Shown here piece by piece: positions 11,180 to 21,869 of a stretch of 64,000 bases of DNA; the stretch's first letter is position 1, and each line of letters begins with the position of its first letter. The notes under the pieces were generated by a model. The model saw only the letters and a list, made by a program, of their open reading frames with translations. It searched no databases and had not been told where the DNA came from. The translations under genes and the position numbers were made by a program. Source of the DNA: an uncultured Candidatus Saccharibacteria bacterium (lineage in GTDB: Bacteria > Patescibacteriota > Minisyncoccia > SW-4-49-11); the NCBI GenBank assembly GCA_964633865.1, contig CAZWIJ010000001.1:2352-66351 (forward strand). The letters run 5' to 3'.

Positions 11180-11184
11180 TTTAT

Positions 11185-12306
11185 ATGAAATGGTTACAGA
11201 GTATAGATTGGTTGATATTTTTTCCTGTTATAGTTATGACTATTATGAGTCTTGTTACTTTGATAGGTCTTAGGAATTTGGGATTTAATATTGTTACAGA
11301 AGATTTAATATATAAACATATTTTTAGCATAGGATTAGGAGTAATAATATGTGTTATAGTATCAAATATTGATTATAGATCTTATAGTAACTATATATAT
11401 ATCATATTTGTTGTTAATATTATTATTTTAATAATGCTTTTACTATTTGGATCTACTATTAATGGAGCAAAAAGTTGGTTTAGAATATTTGGATTTAGTT
11501 TTCAGCCTGTAGAGATAGTTAAGATAACTATTATTTTAATTACAGCTAAATATATTTCGAATTATTATTATAAAATACAATCTTTGTGGATTATCGTTAA
11601 TTCACTTATTCCTGTATCTATTTTATCTCTTTTAATAATGTTTCAACCAGATTTTGGTTCTACAATGATTTTAATATTGATTTGGGTAGGAATGTTATTT
11701 TTAAGTGGTATAAATAAGTGGTATATAATTTTATTAGCTTTAGTAGGTTTGTTAATTATTATAACTATATGGTTTGGTGTATTTAAAGATTATCAAAAGC
11801 AAAGAGTAATAACATTTCTAAATCCTACTACAGATCCTTTAGGTAGTGGTTATAATGCTGTTCAGTCTATTAAATCAATAAAAAATGGGGGAGCGACAGG
11901 TATCTTAATAGATAAAAAAGAGGCAATATCAGTTCCTGAGATTCAAACAGACTTTATCTTTTCAGGTTTTGCTCAACTTTGGGGATTAGTTGGTGTAAGT
12001 ATATATTTTGTATTATTTATAACTTTGATTTTAAGGATTATGTTTTTATCTTTTTCTATAACAGATATTTTCCCTAAGATAATTCTAATAGGTATAATTA
12101 TTTTGATAACAGTTCAAAATTTGATTAATATATCTATGAATATAGGGTTAGCTCCAATAACAGGTATCCCACTATTGTTTATGAGCTCAGGAGGTAGTTC
12201 TATGATAGCTTCTTTTGCTATTATAGGATTAATATTTGCAATAAAAAATCATAGTAAAGATAAGGGAATATCTTATATGTCAGAAGATTATGATGTTTTT
12301 ATTTAG
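11185..12306 (+). CDS. rodA: SEDS family peptidoglycan polymerase (RodA/FtsW)
   Basis: GAKSWF, FQPVE, QPDFGS, TDFIF, PITGIPL; about 10 TM helices. Confidence 0.88.
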   Translation: MKWLQSIDWLIFFPVIVMTIMSLVTLIGLRNLGFNIVTEDLIYKHIFSIGLGVIICVIVSNIDYRSYSNYIYIIFVVNIIILIMLLLFGSTINGAKSWFRIFGFSFQPVEIVKITIILITAKYISNYYYKIQSLWIIVNSLIPVSILSLLIMFQPDFGSTMILILIWVGMLFLSGINKWYIILLALVGLLIIITIWFGVFKDYQKQRVITFLNPTTDPLGSGYNAVQSIKSIKNGGATGILIDKKEAISVPEIQTDFIFSGFAQLWGLVGVSIYFVLFITLILRIMFLSFSITDIFPKIILIGIIILITVQNLINISMNIGLAPITGIPLLFMSSGGSSMIASFAIIGLIFAIKNHSKDKGISYMSEDYDVFI

Positions 12307-12317
12307 TTTGATAAAAG

Positions 12318-13022
12318 TTATTGTATAATTGAAAAAATACTTTCTTCTCCATTTAGATATGAATCTAAATTATTTAATGCTTCACCATTCATTATTGTTA
12401 CTTCTAAATTGAGTTTATCAGATTCTATGGAAGCTATTGGATCGAATGGGGCTGATGCTCCTGGATCCCATTTATCTCCTACCATGGCTCTAAAATTACT
12501 CCAAGATATTTCTTTAATAGGTTTTGCATCAGAATTTTTATATGGATCTTTATCATAAATATAATCTATATTTGAAAGATTAATTATGGATTTAACATGA
12601 TATTTTTGAGCTAATTTAACAGCAATATAGTCGGTTGAATTTCCTGGTTTCCATCCTCCAGCTATAGCTACAGAATAGTTGTCTATTTCATTATAATCAA
12701 GAGTAGGATCTTTTATTATATGGGGATAACTTAGTTTATTAAATAACATTTGCACCAAATGAGCATTAAGGTGAGTTACATATATACCTAGCATATCCAA
12801 ATCATATGGATCAGAGTTAAAAAGAGAGTTTCCAGCATTTTGATATTCTCGGGCTGTATTTCCTCCTCCAACTATAATAAAAAACCGCTTACCTTTATTA
12901 GTATGCGATTCAATTAATTTTTTAAATTCTAAAAGGTATTCAACATTTATTTCTCTAGTTTTCTTAGGGATTACGAGTGATCCTCCTAATGATATAATTA
13001 TTGGGTTAGATTTATTATTCAT
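12318..13022 (-). CDS. pyrH: UMP kinase (archaeal-type)
   Basis: ISLGGS, VGGGNTAREY, GGWKPGNSTD, PFDPIA. Confidence 0.9.
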   Translation of the reverse strand: MNNKSNPIIISLGGSLVIPKKTREINVEYLLEFKKLIESHTNKGKRFFIIVGGGNTAREYQNAGNSLFNSDPYDLDMLGIYVTHLNAHLVQMLFNKLSYPHIIKDPTLDYNEIDNYSVAIAGGWKPGNSTDYIAVKLAQKYHVKSIINLSNIDYIYDKDPYKNSDAKPIKEISWSNFRAMVGDKWDPGASAPFDPIASIESDKLNLEVTIMNGEALNNLDSYLNGEESIFSIIQ

Positions 13023-13083
13023 ATAAACTTTATTTAAATTTACTTAGTTTTAAGTATATCATATCTTGCAGATATATCCAATA

Positions 13084-13266
13084 TTATTCTTTTGATCTGG
13101 AGGATGATTTTTTTTGTATATAACTTATAAACTTATAGTATTTTTTAGAAGATGTAGATATACAAGGTAATCTATATTCATAATCAAAGTCATCTAAAGA
13201 ATTCTTAGAATAGGATTTATTTATTGAGTTATTACTGAGTTTAGAATATTTCTTTTTGAAAAACAT
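13084..13266 (-). CDS. Small basic hypothetical protein (60 aa)
   Basis: ORF with a TTGACA-17-TTTAAT promoter upstream; no recognisable motif. Confidence 0.35.
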   Translation of the reverse strand: MFFKKKYSKLSNNSINKSYSKNSLDDFDYEYRLPCISTSSKKYYKFISYIQKKSSSRSKE

Positions 13267-13313
13267 ATTTATGATTTAATTATTACACACAATAGTAATT
13301 AAATCATAAATAT
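13265..13313. repeat. 21-bp inverted repeat (20/21 identical arms, 7-nt spacer)
   Basis: ATATTTATGATTTAATTATTA-cacacaa-TAGTAATTAAATCATAAATAT. Confidence 0.85.
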
Positions 13314-13446
13314 ATAAAAATGTCAACTTTAAATTACAAATAATTATGTACTGACATTATTTAAATACAGAGTTTATTATTGTAATAAATTAGATAATAA
13401 TATATAATAAAATCACTATAAAAACTTAATTTTAATATTATAAAAT

Positions 13447-13785
13447 ATGAAAAGTGACATAGAAATTTGGTATGAGAAAAAACTAAAAGAAGGTATTTCT
13501 AAGGAAGTACTTCTAGGTGCTTTGAGACAACAAAATTACTCAGAATCACAAATAGATAATTTATCTCATAAAATGGATCAGTATATAAATGAGATGTCTA
13601 ATATAAAATATAGTTCAGATAATATTAAGGAAGATGGCATACTAAATAGAAAATTACAAATAGAAGCAGATCTTACTAGCTGGTATCAAAGTATGTTAAA
13701 TGAAGGTTATGATAAGGATAAATTAATTCAAGAACTACAAAAACAAGGTTATGATTATGAAGTAATAAAAAGAATAACAAGATAG
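13447..13785 (+). CDS. Hypothetical protein with two copies of a ~35-aa helical domain
   Basis: Internal repeat W(Y)xxxLxEG..K..L...L..Q.Y, also present at the C-terminus of 4187..4747. Confidence 0.7.
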   Translation: MKSDIEIWYEKKLKEGISKEVLLGALRQQNYSESQIDNLSHKMDQYINEMSNIKYSSDNIKEDGILNRKLQIEADLTSWYQSMLNEGYDKDKLIQELQKQGYDYEVIKRITR

Positions 13786-13810
13786 TTTATAAAAATAAAA
13801 CAAAATAAAA

Positions 13811-13841
13811 AATAGCGGAGAAATATTATTCATCTGCTATT
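13811..13841. terminator. Probable bidirectional terminator
   Basis: AATAGCGGA...TCTGCTATT stem between convergent genes, flanked by A/T tracts. Confidence 0.5.
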
Positions 13842-13854
13842 TAAATTTATAAGT

Positions 13855-15789
13855 TTAATTTTCTATTGAAGATTTAATTTGAATATTTTTGTTTAATATA
13901 TTTGATATATTTAAACTCTCAATTTTGTTTTGTGAAATAGTATATATATAGTTGTCTATATACAATTGTCTTTTTATTTCATTACCTATATCTATGGAAT
14001 ATGTTTGATTTAGTGTATTATTGTGAGAAGTTTTTCCTAGAATCTCAAATCCTTTTTCTAAATTGACTTTATAAAAATAAGAACCTTGGTACTGTTCTGA
14101 TCTACTAAATCTATCAGAAATATTTCCTGTAGATGTATTAGAGGATTCTGATATAGGAATAGTTAATAAATCATTTCTATCATCCCAAAGTAAGGCTTTA
14201 TGATCATTATCTACTTCACTATAGCTACCTGTATCACCAACCTTAATAACACCAACTTCTTTAGCTGTTTGTAGTCCTCTTACATCAAATAAACTTATTT
14301 TTACACCTTTTACTATACCATTATTATCAGAGTCTTTACCTACTCCAATCAAATAATCTCCATTTTTTATAGGATGTAAATAATTACTAAATCCTGGTAT
14401 CTTTAGTTCACCAACAGTTTTAGGATTTTTAGGATCAGATAAATCAAAAGTGAATAGGGGATCAGTTTCCCTGAAGGTTACTATATATCCTTTATCACCC
14501 ATAAATCTAGTCGAATAAATTTTTTCTCCACGAGCCAAACCTGTTATTTCTCCTGCCTTATTAAAATCTTTATCCAAAATAGTTATTGTATTATTAAGAG
14601 ATTCTTGACTTCCTGTGGTTGATCTTTTTGTCATCGCTACTCTAAAATTATCATTATACTCATCCATAGAAAATTGATTAATAAGATTTCCTATAAGAGT
14701 ATTTTGTTTATCAAAAATAGCTTTATTATTAGATAATTTAAATTTAAAGAAATCAGTTTTTTCTAAATTAGAATTGTAATTATAAATAGAATTAGCTAAA
14801 TATAAATTTTTATCTGACATATAAATATTCTCTCCTGAACCCAAAATAGATTCAGTAAAAATCTCTTGATTAAGATTATTTATATCAATTCCAACTATGG
14901 TTGTTATAGAATTTACATTTGTGATAGGTTCTATTACATTTATATCAGAACATTTTATTCTTTCACCATCTTTCTTAGGTAAGATATCATTAATAACAGC
15001 TGAATTAATTGGTTTTTTTATATAAGATCCAGATGATGGATTATTATTGTTAAAACTATAAAATAAATCCCAATAATCTAAATCATGATGAGTAACAATA
15101 AATAAATTACCATTAACAAGTCTAGTGTCATTAATATTCCCTTCAATAGAGAATGATTTTAATAATTTTATAGAGTTGCTTTCTATTGCCTGATCATTTA
15201 TGTCATAAATATAAACTATAACATTATTTTCATATCCATTACCCATTAAAATGAGTTTGTCTTGTGAAAGATGAATCTTTATATTATCAGCTATATCTTG
15301 ATCTGGGAAAATACTCTGTGATAAATCCATTTGTCCATTTGGTAATATTTTTGTTATAGAAACACTACCATTTATTGCTTTGAAAATATATTTACCATTT
15401 GTTTTTACAAAATCACCTTCATCAACATTTATAACTTGATTATTGGTGGATGAAAAATCAGGTGTGGAAGAAATAGATTTTTCTTGCCCACTTGGTACTG
15501 AAGAATCAGAATTAAGTGACATTTCTGGCATAACATTACTTCTCAATTCATATGGTTGATTACAGCCATTGTTTTGTTCACAATATTCCAAATATTCATA
15601 AATTTTATTGCTCATATCCTGACAAGATATAAATTTACTAAATTTTGCATTAGAATTTGGTATATTATTATCCCCACTAGAAGTAATGTTTCTAGTTTGA
15701 GATATAAAAAAGAAGGTTAATAATCCTAAGAAAATCAAAATTAATACAGAGCTAGTTATAATAAGCACATTTTTGTCAGTTTGATTCAT
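13855..15789 (-). CDS. Secreted beta-propeller domain protein (Beta_propel family)
   Basis: STNNQVINVDEGDFVKT, NQFSMDEY, GYIVTFRETDPLF, GELKIPGFSNYLHP; N-terminal anchor. Confidence 0.88.
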   Translation of the reverse strand: MNQTDKNVLIITSSVLILIFLGLLTFFFISQTRNITSSGDNNIPNSNAKFSKFISCQDMSNKIYEYLEYCEQNNGCNQPYELRSNVMPEMSLNSDSSVPSGQEKSISSTPDFSSTNNQVINVDEGDFVKTNGKYIFKAINGSVSITKILPNGQMDLSQSIFPDQDIADNIKIHLSQDKLILMGNGYENNVIVYIYDINDQAIESNSIKLLKSFSIEGNINDTRLVNGNLFIVTHHDLDYWDLFYSFNNNNPSSGSYIKKPINSAVINDILPKKDGERIKCSDINVIEPITNVNSITTIVGIDINNLNQEIFTESILGSGENIYMSDKNLYLANSIYNYNSNLEKTDFFKFKLSNNKAIFDKQNTLIGNLINQFSMDEYNDNFRVAMTKRSTTGSQESLNNTITILDKDFNKAGEITGLARGEKIYSTRFMGDKGYIVTFRETDPLFTFDLSDPKNPKTVGELKIPGFSNYLHPIKNGDYLIGVGKDSDNNGIVKGVKISLFDVRGLQTAKEVGVIKVGDTGSYSEVDNDHKALLWDDRNDLLTIPISESSNTSTGNISDRFSRSEQYQGSYFYKVNLEKGFEILGKTSHNNTLNQTYSIDIGNEIKRQLYIDNYIYTISQNKIESLNISNILNKNIQIKSSIEN

Positions 15790-15966
15790 ATATTTATATT
15801 AAAGTTATTGTTATATAATTTATTATAACATAGAGGGAGAGAATAGTTAAAGGTTTATATTCTATCAATTTTAGACTACACAGAAATAAAAGGATAAGAA
15901 TAATGTTTATGAAAATTAACTTTCAATTTTATAACATTAAGTTTTTGGTAAATTAGAGGTAAATAT

Positions 15967-17223
15967 TTATAATTTATCTCTTAACTTTCTATGATAAGTC
16001 ACAGCAAATCTATGAGATTCGTCTCTTACTTGTTGTAGGATTTGCAGGGCTTTTGAATTTTTAGGTATAATAACAGGATATTTTTGATTTGGTAAATAAA
16101 CTTCTTCTAATCTTTTTGCAAGTGAAATTATAGGTATAGATTTATATTGAATTAACCCATTTTTCTGAGCTTCTATAGCCATACCTAATTGTCCTTTACC
16201 ACCATCTATTAAGATTAAATCAGGAATAGGCCAATCTTTACGATTGAATCTTCTAGTTAGTGCCTGATATAAGTTATAGAAGTCATCTCCACCATCAGGA
16301 GGATTTTTGATTTTAAATCTACGATATTCTGATTTGTCAGGTTTTCCTCCTACAAAAACTACCATAGATACAACCGCTTTATCTCCGTGAAAATGAGATG
16401 AATCGAATCCCTCTATTCTATTTGGTAATTTATCTAAGTTTAGCTTAGTTTTTAATTCTTCTAGATAAGTAATTTTTTTAACTTTACTTCTTTTGATTAC
16501 ATTTTTATGTAAAGCAATTTTTTCTATTGCGATTAATTGATCTCTGATTTTTCCAGCTTTTTCAAAATCAAGTTTATCAGAGTGGAGAATCATTTCATTA
16601 GATAATTTATCAATTATAGATTTCTTTTTTCCTCTCATAAAATCAATTATTTTTTGGAGATTTTCTAGATATTCAGACTCTGTAATCTTATCTACACAAG
16701 GAGCTTGACATAAATTAAGTTTATAATAAAGGCATGGATGTTTTGGTAATGTTTTACAAGATCTATAAGGAAATATTTTTCGAATTATTTTAAGCGAAGT
16801 TCTGAGTGATTCAGCACTTACAAATGGACCTAAAAAGTTAATTTTATCAGTATGTTTATCAAGAAAACTTTTATAAGTAATGAATAATCTAGGAAATTTT
16901 TCTTTTGTCCAAGCTAAATAAGCATAGCTTTTATCATCTTTCAGAAGTACATTATATTTGGGGTTATATTTTTTGATTAGATTTGATTCTAATATTAAAG
17001 CTTCAATTTCACTTTCACATGGTATAATTTCGATATCAACAATTTCTTTAATCATTGCTATTTTGGCTGAGTTTAATGTTGCATTTTCTCTAAAATACGA
17101 TTGTACCCTTGATTTTAATTTAAGAGCTTTTCCTATATAAATTATTTCTTTACTAGAATTTTTAAACTTATAAATACCAGGTATGGCAGGTATTTCATTT
17201 AATATATTTTTTAAATTAATCAT
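15967..17223 (-). CDS. uvrC: Excinuclease ABC subunit C (short form, no C-terminal HhH)
   Basis: GIY-YIG, Cys cluster, UVR domain, RNase H-like domain (IEGFDSSH, IDGGKGQ, RDESHRFA). Confidence 0.92.
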   Translation of the reverse strand: MINLKNILNEIPAIPGIYKFKNSSKEIIYIGKALKLKSRVQSYFRENATLNSAKIAMIKEIVDIEIIPCESEIEALILESNLIKKYNPKYNVLLKDDKSYAYLAWTKEKFPRLFITYKSFLDKHTDKINFLGPFVSAESLRTSLKIIRKIFPYRSCKTLPKHPCLYYKLNLCQAPCVDKITESEYLENLQKIIDFMRGKKKSIIDKLSNEMILHSDKLDFEKAGKIRDQLIAIEKIALHKNVIKRSKVKKITYLEELKTKLNLDKLPNRIEGFDSSHFHGDKAVVSMVVFVGGKPDKSEYRRFKIKNPPDGGDDFYNLYQALTRRFNRKDWPIPDLILIDGGKGQLGMAIEAQKNGLIQYKSIPIISLAKRLEEVYLPNQKYPVIIPKNSKALQILQQVRDESHRFAVTYHRKLRDKL

Positions 17224-17328
17224 AGTAATGTAGTTTGAATAAAATCAAAATATTTAATAATTAAAATCATTATACTTAAAATAATAATCAAAAAAATAGT
17301 TTTTAGAAATTTAAATAATATTTTTCTT

Positions 17329-18129
17329 TTATTCATATTGTTTTGGAACAGCTATTACTACAAATCTTTGGCTAGATGTCCATAGGGGGGTACAAGTATA
17401 AAGTGTTAAAATATGTTCTTTTGTAGGAGCTTCAATTTCAATTTGATCAGGATTAACTATTTTAGTTTCCACTACCTGGTAATTATAGTCCTTACCTTCC
17501 CAAGTTATAATTATTGTATCATTTATTTTTAATTTGGGTAGGTGATAGAATGTATCACTATTATTTGTATACATGAATCTATGTGCTGTTATTACCATAT
17601 TACTTTTTTTTATGGGATTTCCAGAATTAGATTTATGCCAAATTCCTTTATATAAAGATTTAGAATTATTACTAGAATGGATATTTGAATCTAGATTAAT
17701 ATTTTGGATTTGAATTTTTTTAATAGTTTTATTCAAATCAGTTTTTTTTAAAGAAGGATTAATTATTGAGCTCTCATCTTTTGAAATAATATTATCTACT
17801 GGAGATTGCTCTTTTAATTTATCTGAGAATTGTACAGATTTTGAAATGTTAGTTTTATTTATTTGCTCAGGTACAATGAATGATTCAGACGGATTTGTAT
17901 TATTTGAATTTAGATTAGAATATAAATTATTTACATTTATATTTTTCTTCATTATAAATGTAAATTCTGGTAATATAGGTTTGATTAGTATATATACAGC
18001 TAAAATAAATATAGATAATGTTAAAAAAAAATTTAAAATATTAAATAATTTTATAAATTTTAAACTATTAGGATAGTATTTTATAGTGGATATTAGAGGA
18101 TTAATATTTTTATTTTTATTATGATACAT
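17329..18129 (-). CDS. Sortase
   Basis: TAHR, LTLYTC, QRFVV catalytic His-Cys-Arg; N-terminal TM helix. Confidence 0.88.
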   Translation of the reverse strand: MYHNKNKNINPLISTIKYYPNSLKFIKLFNILNFFLTLSIFILAVYILIKPILPEFTFIMKKNINVNNLYSNLNSNNTNPSESFIVPEQINKTNISKSVQFSDKLKEQSPVDNIISKDESSIINPSLKKTDLNKTIKKIQIQNINLDSNIHSSNNSKSLYKGIWHKSNSGNPIKKSNMVITAHRFMYTNNSDTFYHLPKLKINDTIIITWEGKDYNYQVVETKIVNPDQIEIEAPTKEHILTLYTCTPLWTSSQRFVVIAVPKQYE

Positions 18130-18135
18130 TTATTT

Positions 18136-18648
18136 TTATTTAAAAGACAGTTCTTGCATATTTGATATTAAATTAGATAATCTATCAATATCCATATTAT
18201 GAGGATCTATAACATTTATTGCTGGCATTATAAAAGAATTTTTATTCCTTTTGAAAGCCATATATTCATGCAAAATTTGTACAGTTTGATGAGCTCCTTC
18301 TACGGATTTTCTGTTGCTGGAGATAAGTGCAATAATTTTATTTTCTAAAAGTTCAGATATATTTACTATATCAATAAAATTTTTTAGACTAGATGGGATT
18401 CCTTTATGATAAATTGGGATTACATATATCAAAGCATTGGCATCAATTATATTTTTTAGATCAATTTTTTGAGCTGGATTAGCATTTTCTAAAGTTATAT
18501 ATTCTCCTCTAAATAAAGTATCAAAGTTTTCCAAAGTTACTAAATAATTATCTATATTTTTTTCTAATAACATTTTCTGAAGTGTGTTTGAGATCTTCAT
18601 GGAAGAGTTATTTATTCGGTTTGTTCCATTTATTATAGTTATTTTCAT
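18136..18648 (-). CDS. NADPH-dependent FMN reductase
   Basis: IINGTNR..S, PIYHKGIPSSLKNFID. Confidence 0.8.
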   Translation of the reverse strand: MKITIINGTNRINNSSMKISNTLQKMLLEKNIDNYLVTLENFDTLFRGEYITLENANPAQKIDLKNIIDANALIYVIPIYHKGIPSSLKNFIDIVNISELLENKIIALISSNRKSVEGAHQTVQILHEYMAFKRNKNSFIMPAINVIDPHNMDIDRLSNLISNMQELSFK

Positions 18649-18652
18649 AAAG

Positions 18653-20083
18653 TTATATCTTGATTAATTTACTTTCATTTTGTTCATCTTGGACTTCATA
18701 GCCCAGTTCTTTAATTTTATCTCTGATTTCATCGGATTTCTCCCAATTTTTATTGTATCTAGCTTGATTTCTTTCATCTAACAATAATAAAACTTCCTTT
18801 GGGAATTCATTTTGTACTGATAAATCTTTTTTTGCTATAACTAAATCTAAACCTAGAATTCTATCTAATTTAATAAAACTTTTGATAATATGTCTTTTTG
18901 GTATAGGCTCCTTTTTATCTAAAATTATATTTATATCTTTAATAAAATTAAAAATATAAGAAATGGCCTTTGGAGTATCTAAATCATTATTTATAGCATT
19001 TTTAAAATCTTTTTGTAATTTTTTTAATTTTACTTGTATATCTAAATTTTTACGATTCTTATTTATAGAGACTCTATCAATAAATGTTCGTATTCTTTTT
19101 AATGAATTTTTAGCTTGTATCATAGCTTCCCAAGAGAAGTCTAAATCAGTTCTATAGTGTCCCATTAAAATTAATAATCTGAACTCAAGTGGGGAAAATC
19201 CTTTTTTAATAATATCATCCAATGTTATGAATGAGCCTGATGATTTGGACATCTTACTACTTTTAACGGTAAGAAAATAACTATGTAACCAATAGTTAGC
19301 CATAAGGTTTCCAGTATCAGCTTTAAATTGAGCAATCTCATTAGTGTGGTGTATATTTATATGATCTTTTCCTCCTGTATGAATATCAAATGGAGCATGA
19401 AGAAGTGTATCTGCCATAACCACACATTCTGAATGCCAACCTGGGAATCCCATTCCCCAAGGACTATCCCACTCTTGTTGTCTTTTTTCATTTACTGAAG
19501 AGAATTTCCATAAAGCAAAGTCGGTTAAATTTAATTTCTCTTTTATATCAATTCTAGCACCAGCTTTTAAATTTTTGATATCTAATCTTGCAAAATCACC
19601 ATATTCGGGTAATTTACTCGTATTAAAATAAACTCCATCAGATATTATATAAGTAAAACCTTTTTTTTCTAACCTTTTTATCAAATTAATTTGTTCTCTG
19701 ATATAATCTGTTGCTTTTGGATAATGATTAGCAGGTATTATATTTAATCTATCTAGATCTGATAGCCATAAATTAGTATATTTGAGAGATATTTCTTTTG
19801 CAGATAAATTCTCTTTTTTAGAACCTTTCTCCATTTTATCATCACCATCATCAGAGTCGCTAACAAGATGTCCTACATCTGTAATATTTGTAACTGAATA
19901 GACAATATAGTTATTATAAATGAGAACTCTTTTTAATAGATCATCAAATAAACTTTTTCTTAAATTACCTATATGTTGTCTATCATATACTGTTGGACCA
20001 CAAGAATATATAGAAGCTCTTTTTGGAGTAATCGGTATAAATTTTTCTAAAGATTGACTAGCAGTATTATATAACTTTAACAT
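18653..20083 (-). CDS. cysS: Cysteinyl-tRNA synthetase
   Basis: CGPTVY, HIGN, DFALWK, PGWHSEC, KMSKS. Confidence 0.97.
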   Translation of the reverse strand: MLKLYNTASQSLEKFIPITPKRASIYSCGPTVYDRQHIGNLRKSLFDDLLKRVLIYNNYIVYSVTNITDVGHLVSDSDDGDDKMEKGSKKENLSAKEISLKYTNLWLSDLDRLNIIPANHYPKATDYIREQINLIKRLEKKGFTYIISDGVYFNTSKLPEYGDFARLDIKNLKAGARIDIKEKLNLTDFALWKFSSVNEKRQQEWDSPWGMGFPGWHSECVVMADTLLHAPFDIHTGGKDHINIHHTNEIAQFKADTGNLMANYWLHSYFLTVKSSKMSKSSGSFITLDDIIKKGFSPLEFRLLILMGHYRTDLDFSWEAMIQAKNSLKRIRTFIDRVSINKNRKNLDIQVKLKKLQKDFKNAINNDLDTPKAISYIFNFIKDINIILDKKEPIPKRHIIKSFIKLDRILGLDLVIAKKDLSVQNEFPKEVLLLLDERNQARYNKNWEKSDEIRDKIKELGYEVQDEQNESKLIKI

Positions 20084-20103
20084 TCATATTTTTCATTAAA
20101 TTT

Positions 20104-21747
20104 TTATTGAAGAGGATTAGTCACAACTTTATTTGGTGGTCTATAATTAGAGAAGAATTCATCTTTTCTTAATAATTGTCCATTTTCATAAATTTCACGA
20201 TAGGCGACAGTCTTCCTAGAACCATCTTTATTAGAAGATAAAGTAATAGGACCAATTATCTTAGAAGTTTTGGTTTGAGGAGCTCCATATATCTGGTAGT
20301 ATATTTTAGTCCCTACTATATAGTGCTGAATCAATATATAATTATTAGTTGTATTTTTAAATTTGAAGTCAGGTTTAGGAATATAAATAGTAGCATCTAA
20401 TCCAGGTGTACCATAATAGGGAACTATATATGAATGGTTTTGTCTTTCTGTAATATCAAGAGAAGCATTAAGAGCAGCTCTAAACAAAGTTGTGGAAACT
20501 TGACAGACACCACCTCCGTATTCTGGTATAGTTTGATTTCCTTTTATAACTAATTCAGGTACATATCCAGTACTTGCATTTACTGCACCTAGTCTTGTTA
20601 CAAAAGAAAACTCTTGATCTGGAGCTATCAAGTAACCAGATATTTTATTAGCAGCCACATTGATATTTTTTACACGACTAGCACTAGATCCTCTAAAATC
20701 AGATTCTCCAGTTCCTAATAAAGTTGTAATTCCAAGAGAATCTAAATTCTCAGAGTCAACATTTGCTTTTGTAATAGCAATGAACATATCAGTAGAATTT
20801 TTACCTTCCAAAATATTAGAAGATATTCTTCGGGCTGTTTCTTCTACCATCAAATCAAGTCCTTCCCTAGATGGAGTAGATGCTTCAAGTTTATTGGTAT
20901 TATTATTAAATCTTACCGTAGCATTCTGAGGTTTTTGTGAAACTTGACTAGATATTGTTTTTAGATATTCTATTATTTGTTCTGTGTTTAAATTTAATTC
21001 TTGATCATCATATTTGATCCAAGTAATAACTTTATCTTTTGGTATATCTAATGATATATGGTTTGCTGTTATCTTATGATCTTTGACTACAGACTTAATT
21101 TTAGCTAAATTTTCTTCCAAAAATTGTTGATTTAAATTAGCTTTCTCAATATTCATTTCTACATTAACTGTAAGATTTTCATTTAATATAGACTTTACAA
21201 TATCATTAGCTAAATTAGCGGAGTTAACAGTTTGACCATTTTTTTCAGGAATTACAATTATATCTCCATTTTTTATTGATAGACTAGCATCTTGTGATTC
21301 ATTTATAAACTCTGAAAAATATTCATTTATAACCTTAGTAAATTTTTCTTGATCTATATTATATTCCCAGGTTAGTTTTTCTTCTTTCCAGAATATTAAA
21401 ATACCTTTCAAAAATTCACTTCTTTTAGAGTTATAAGCTTTAACTAAAGTTTTATCTAATAAAAGTTCTATTCCAAGTTCTGGTAAAGTAGTTTCTTGTG
21501 TAAAATTTTCTTTGACCAAGTTTATTTTAGTTGTTTCAAGTTTTTCTTTTTCTAAAGTTAATTTTGTAAGACCATCTTTTAGTGTGAGATTACTTAAATT
21601 AGCTTTTTCTATAAAAGTTTGTGGGTAAATTTTTTCTTTATAACCTATTATAAAAATAAAAAATAATATTAATGCAATAGCTGTTATGAATATTAAAGTT
21701 ATGAGAATTATTTTAAGATATTTAATAATAAGTGTTTCAGAATTCAT
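20104..21747 (-). CDS. VanW family protein with PG-binding-4-like N-terminal region
   Basis: GGGVCQVSTTLF, RQNHS, GLDATI. Confidence 0.9.
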   Translation of the reverse strand: MNSETLIIKYLKIILITLIFITAIALILFFIFIIGYKEKIYPQTFIEKANLSNLTLKDGLTKLTLEKEKLETTKINLVKENFTQETTLPELGIELLLDKTLVKAYNSKRSEFLKGILIFWKEEKLTWEYNIDQEKFTKVINEYFSEFINESQDASLSIKNGDIIVIPEKNGQTVNSANLANDIVKSILNENLTVNVEMNIEKANLNQQFLEENLAKIKSVVKDHKITANHISLDIPKDKVITWIKYDDQELNLNTEQIIEYLKTISSQVSQKPQNATVRFNNNTNKLEASTPSREGLDLMVEETARRISSNILEGKNSTDMFIAITKANVDSENLDSLGITTLLGTGESDFRGSSASRVKNINVAANKISGYLIAPDQEFSFVTRLGAVNASTGYVPELVIKGNQTIPEYGGGVCQVSTTLFRAALNASLDITERQNHSYIVPYYGTPGLDATIYIPKPDFKFKNTTNNYILIQHYIVGTKIYYQIYGAPQTKTSKIIGPITLSSNKDGSRKTVAYREIYENGQLLRKDEFFSNYRPPNKVVTNPLQ

Positions 21748-21869
21748 TTTATTTAGGTTATATAATCATATTAATATCTTATCATAAAAGTATTAATTTT
21801 AACAATTGTTTTTTAAAAAAATTAAAGGATAGAAAAAAAGTTCTTTAATTTTTAGAAAAAGTTTATATT

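Noticed and set aside
15790-15966. 177-nt gap after uvrC as a possible ncRNA
   Set aside because: No convincing stem or recognisable RNA motif was found by eye.
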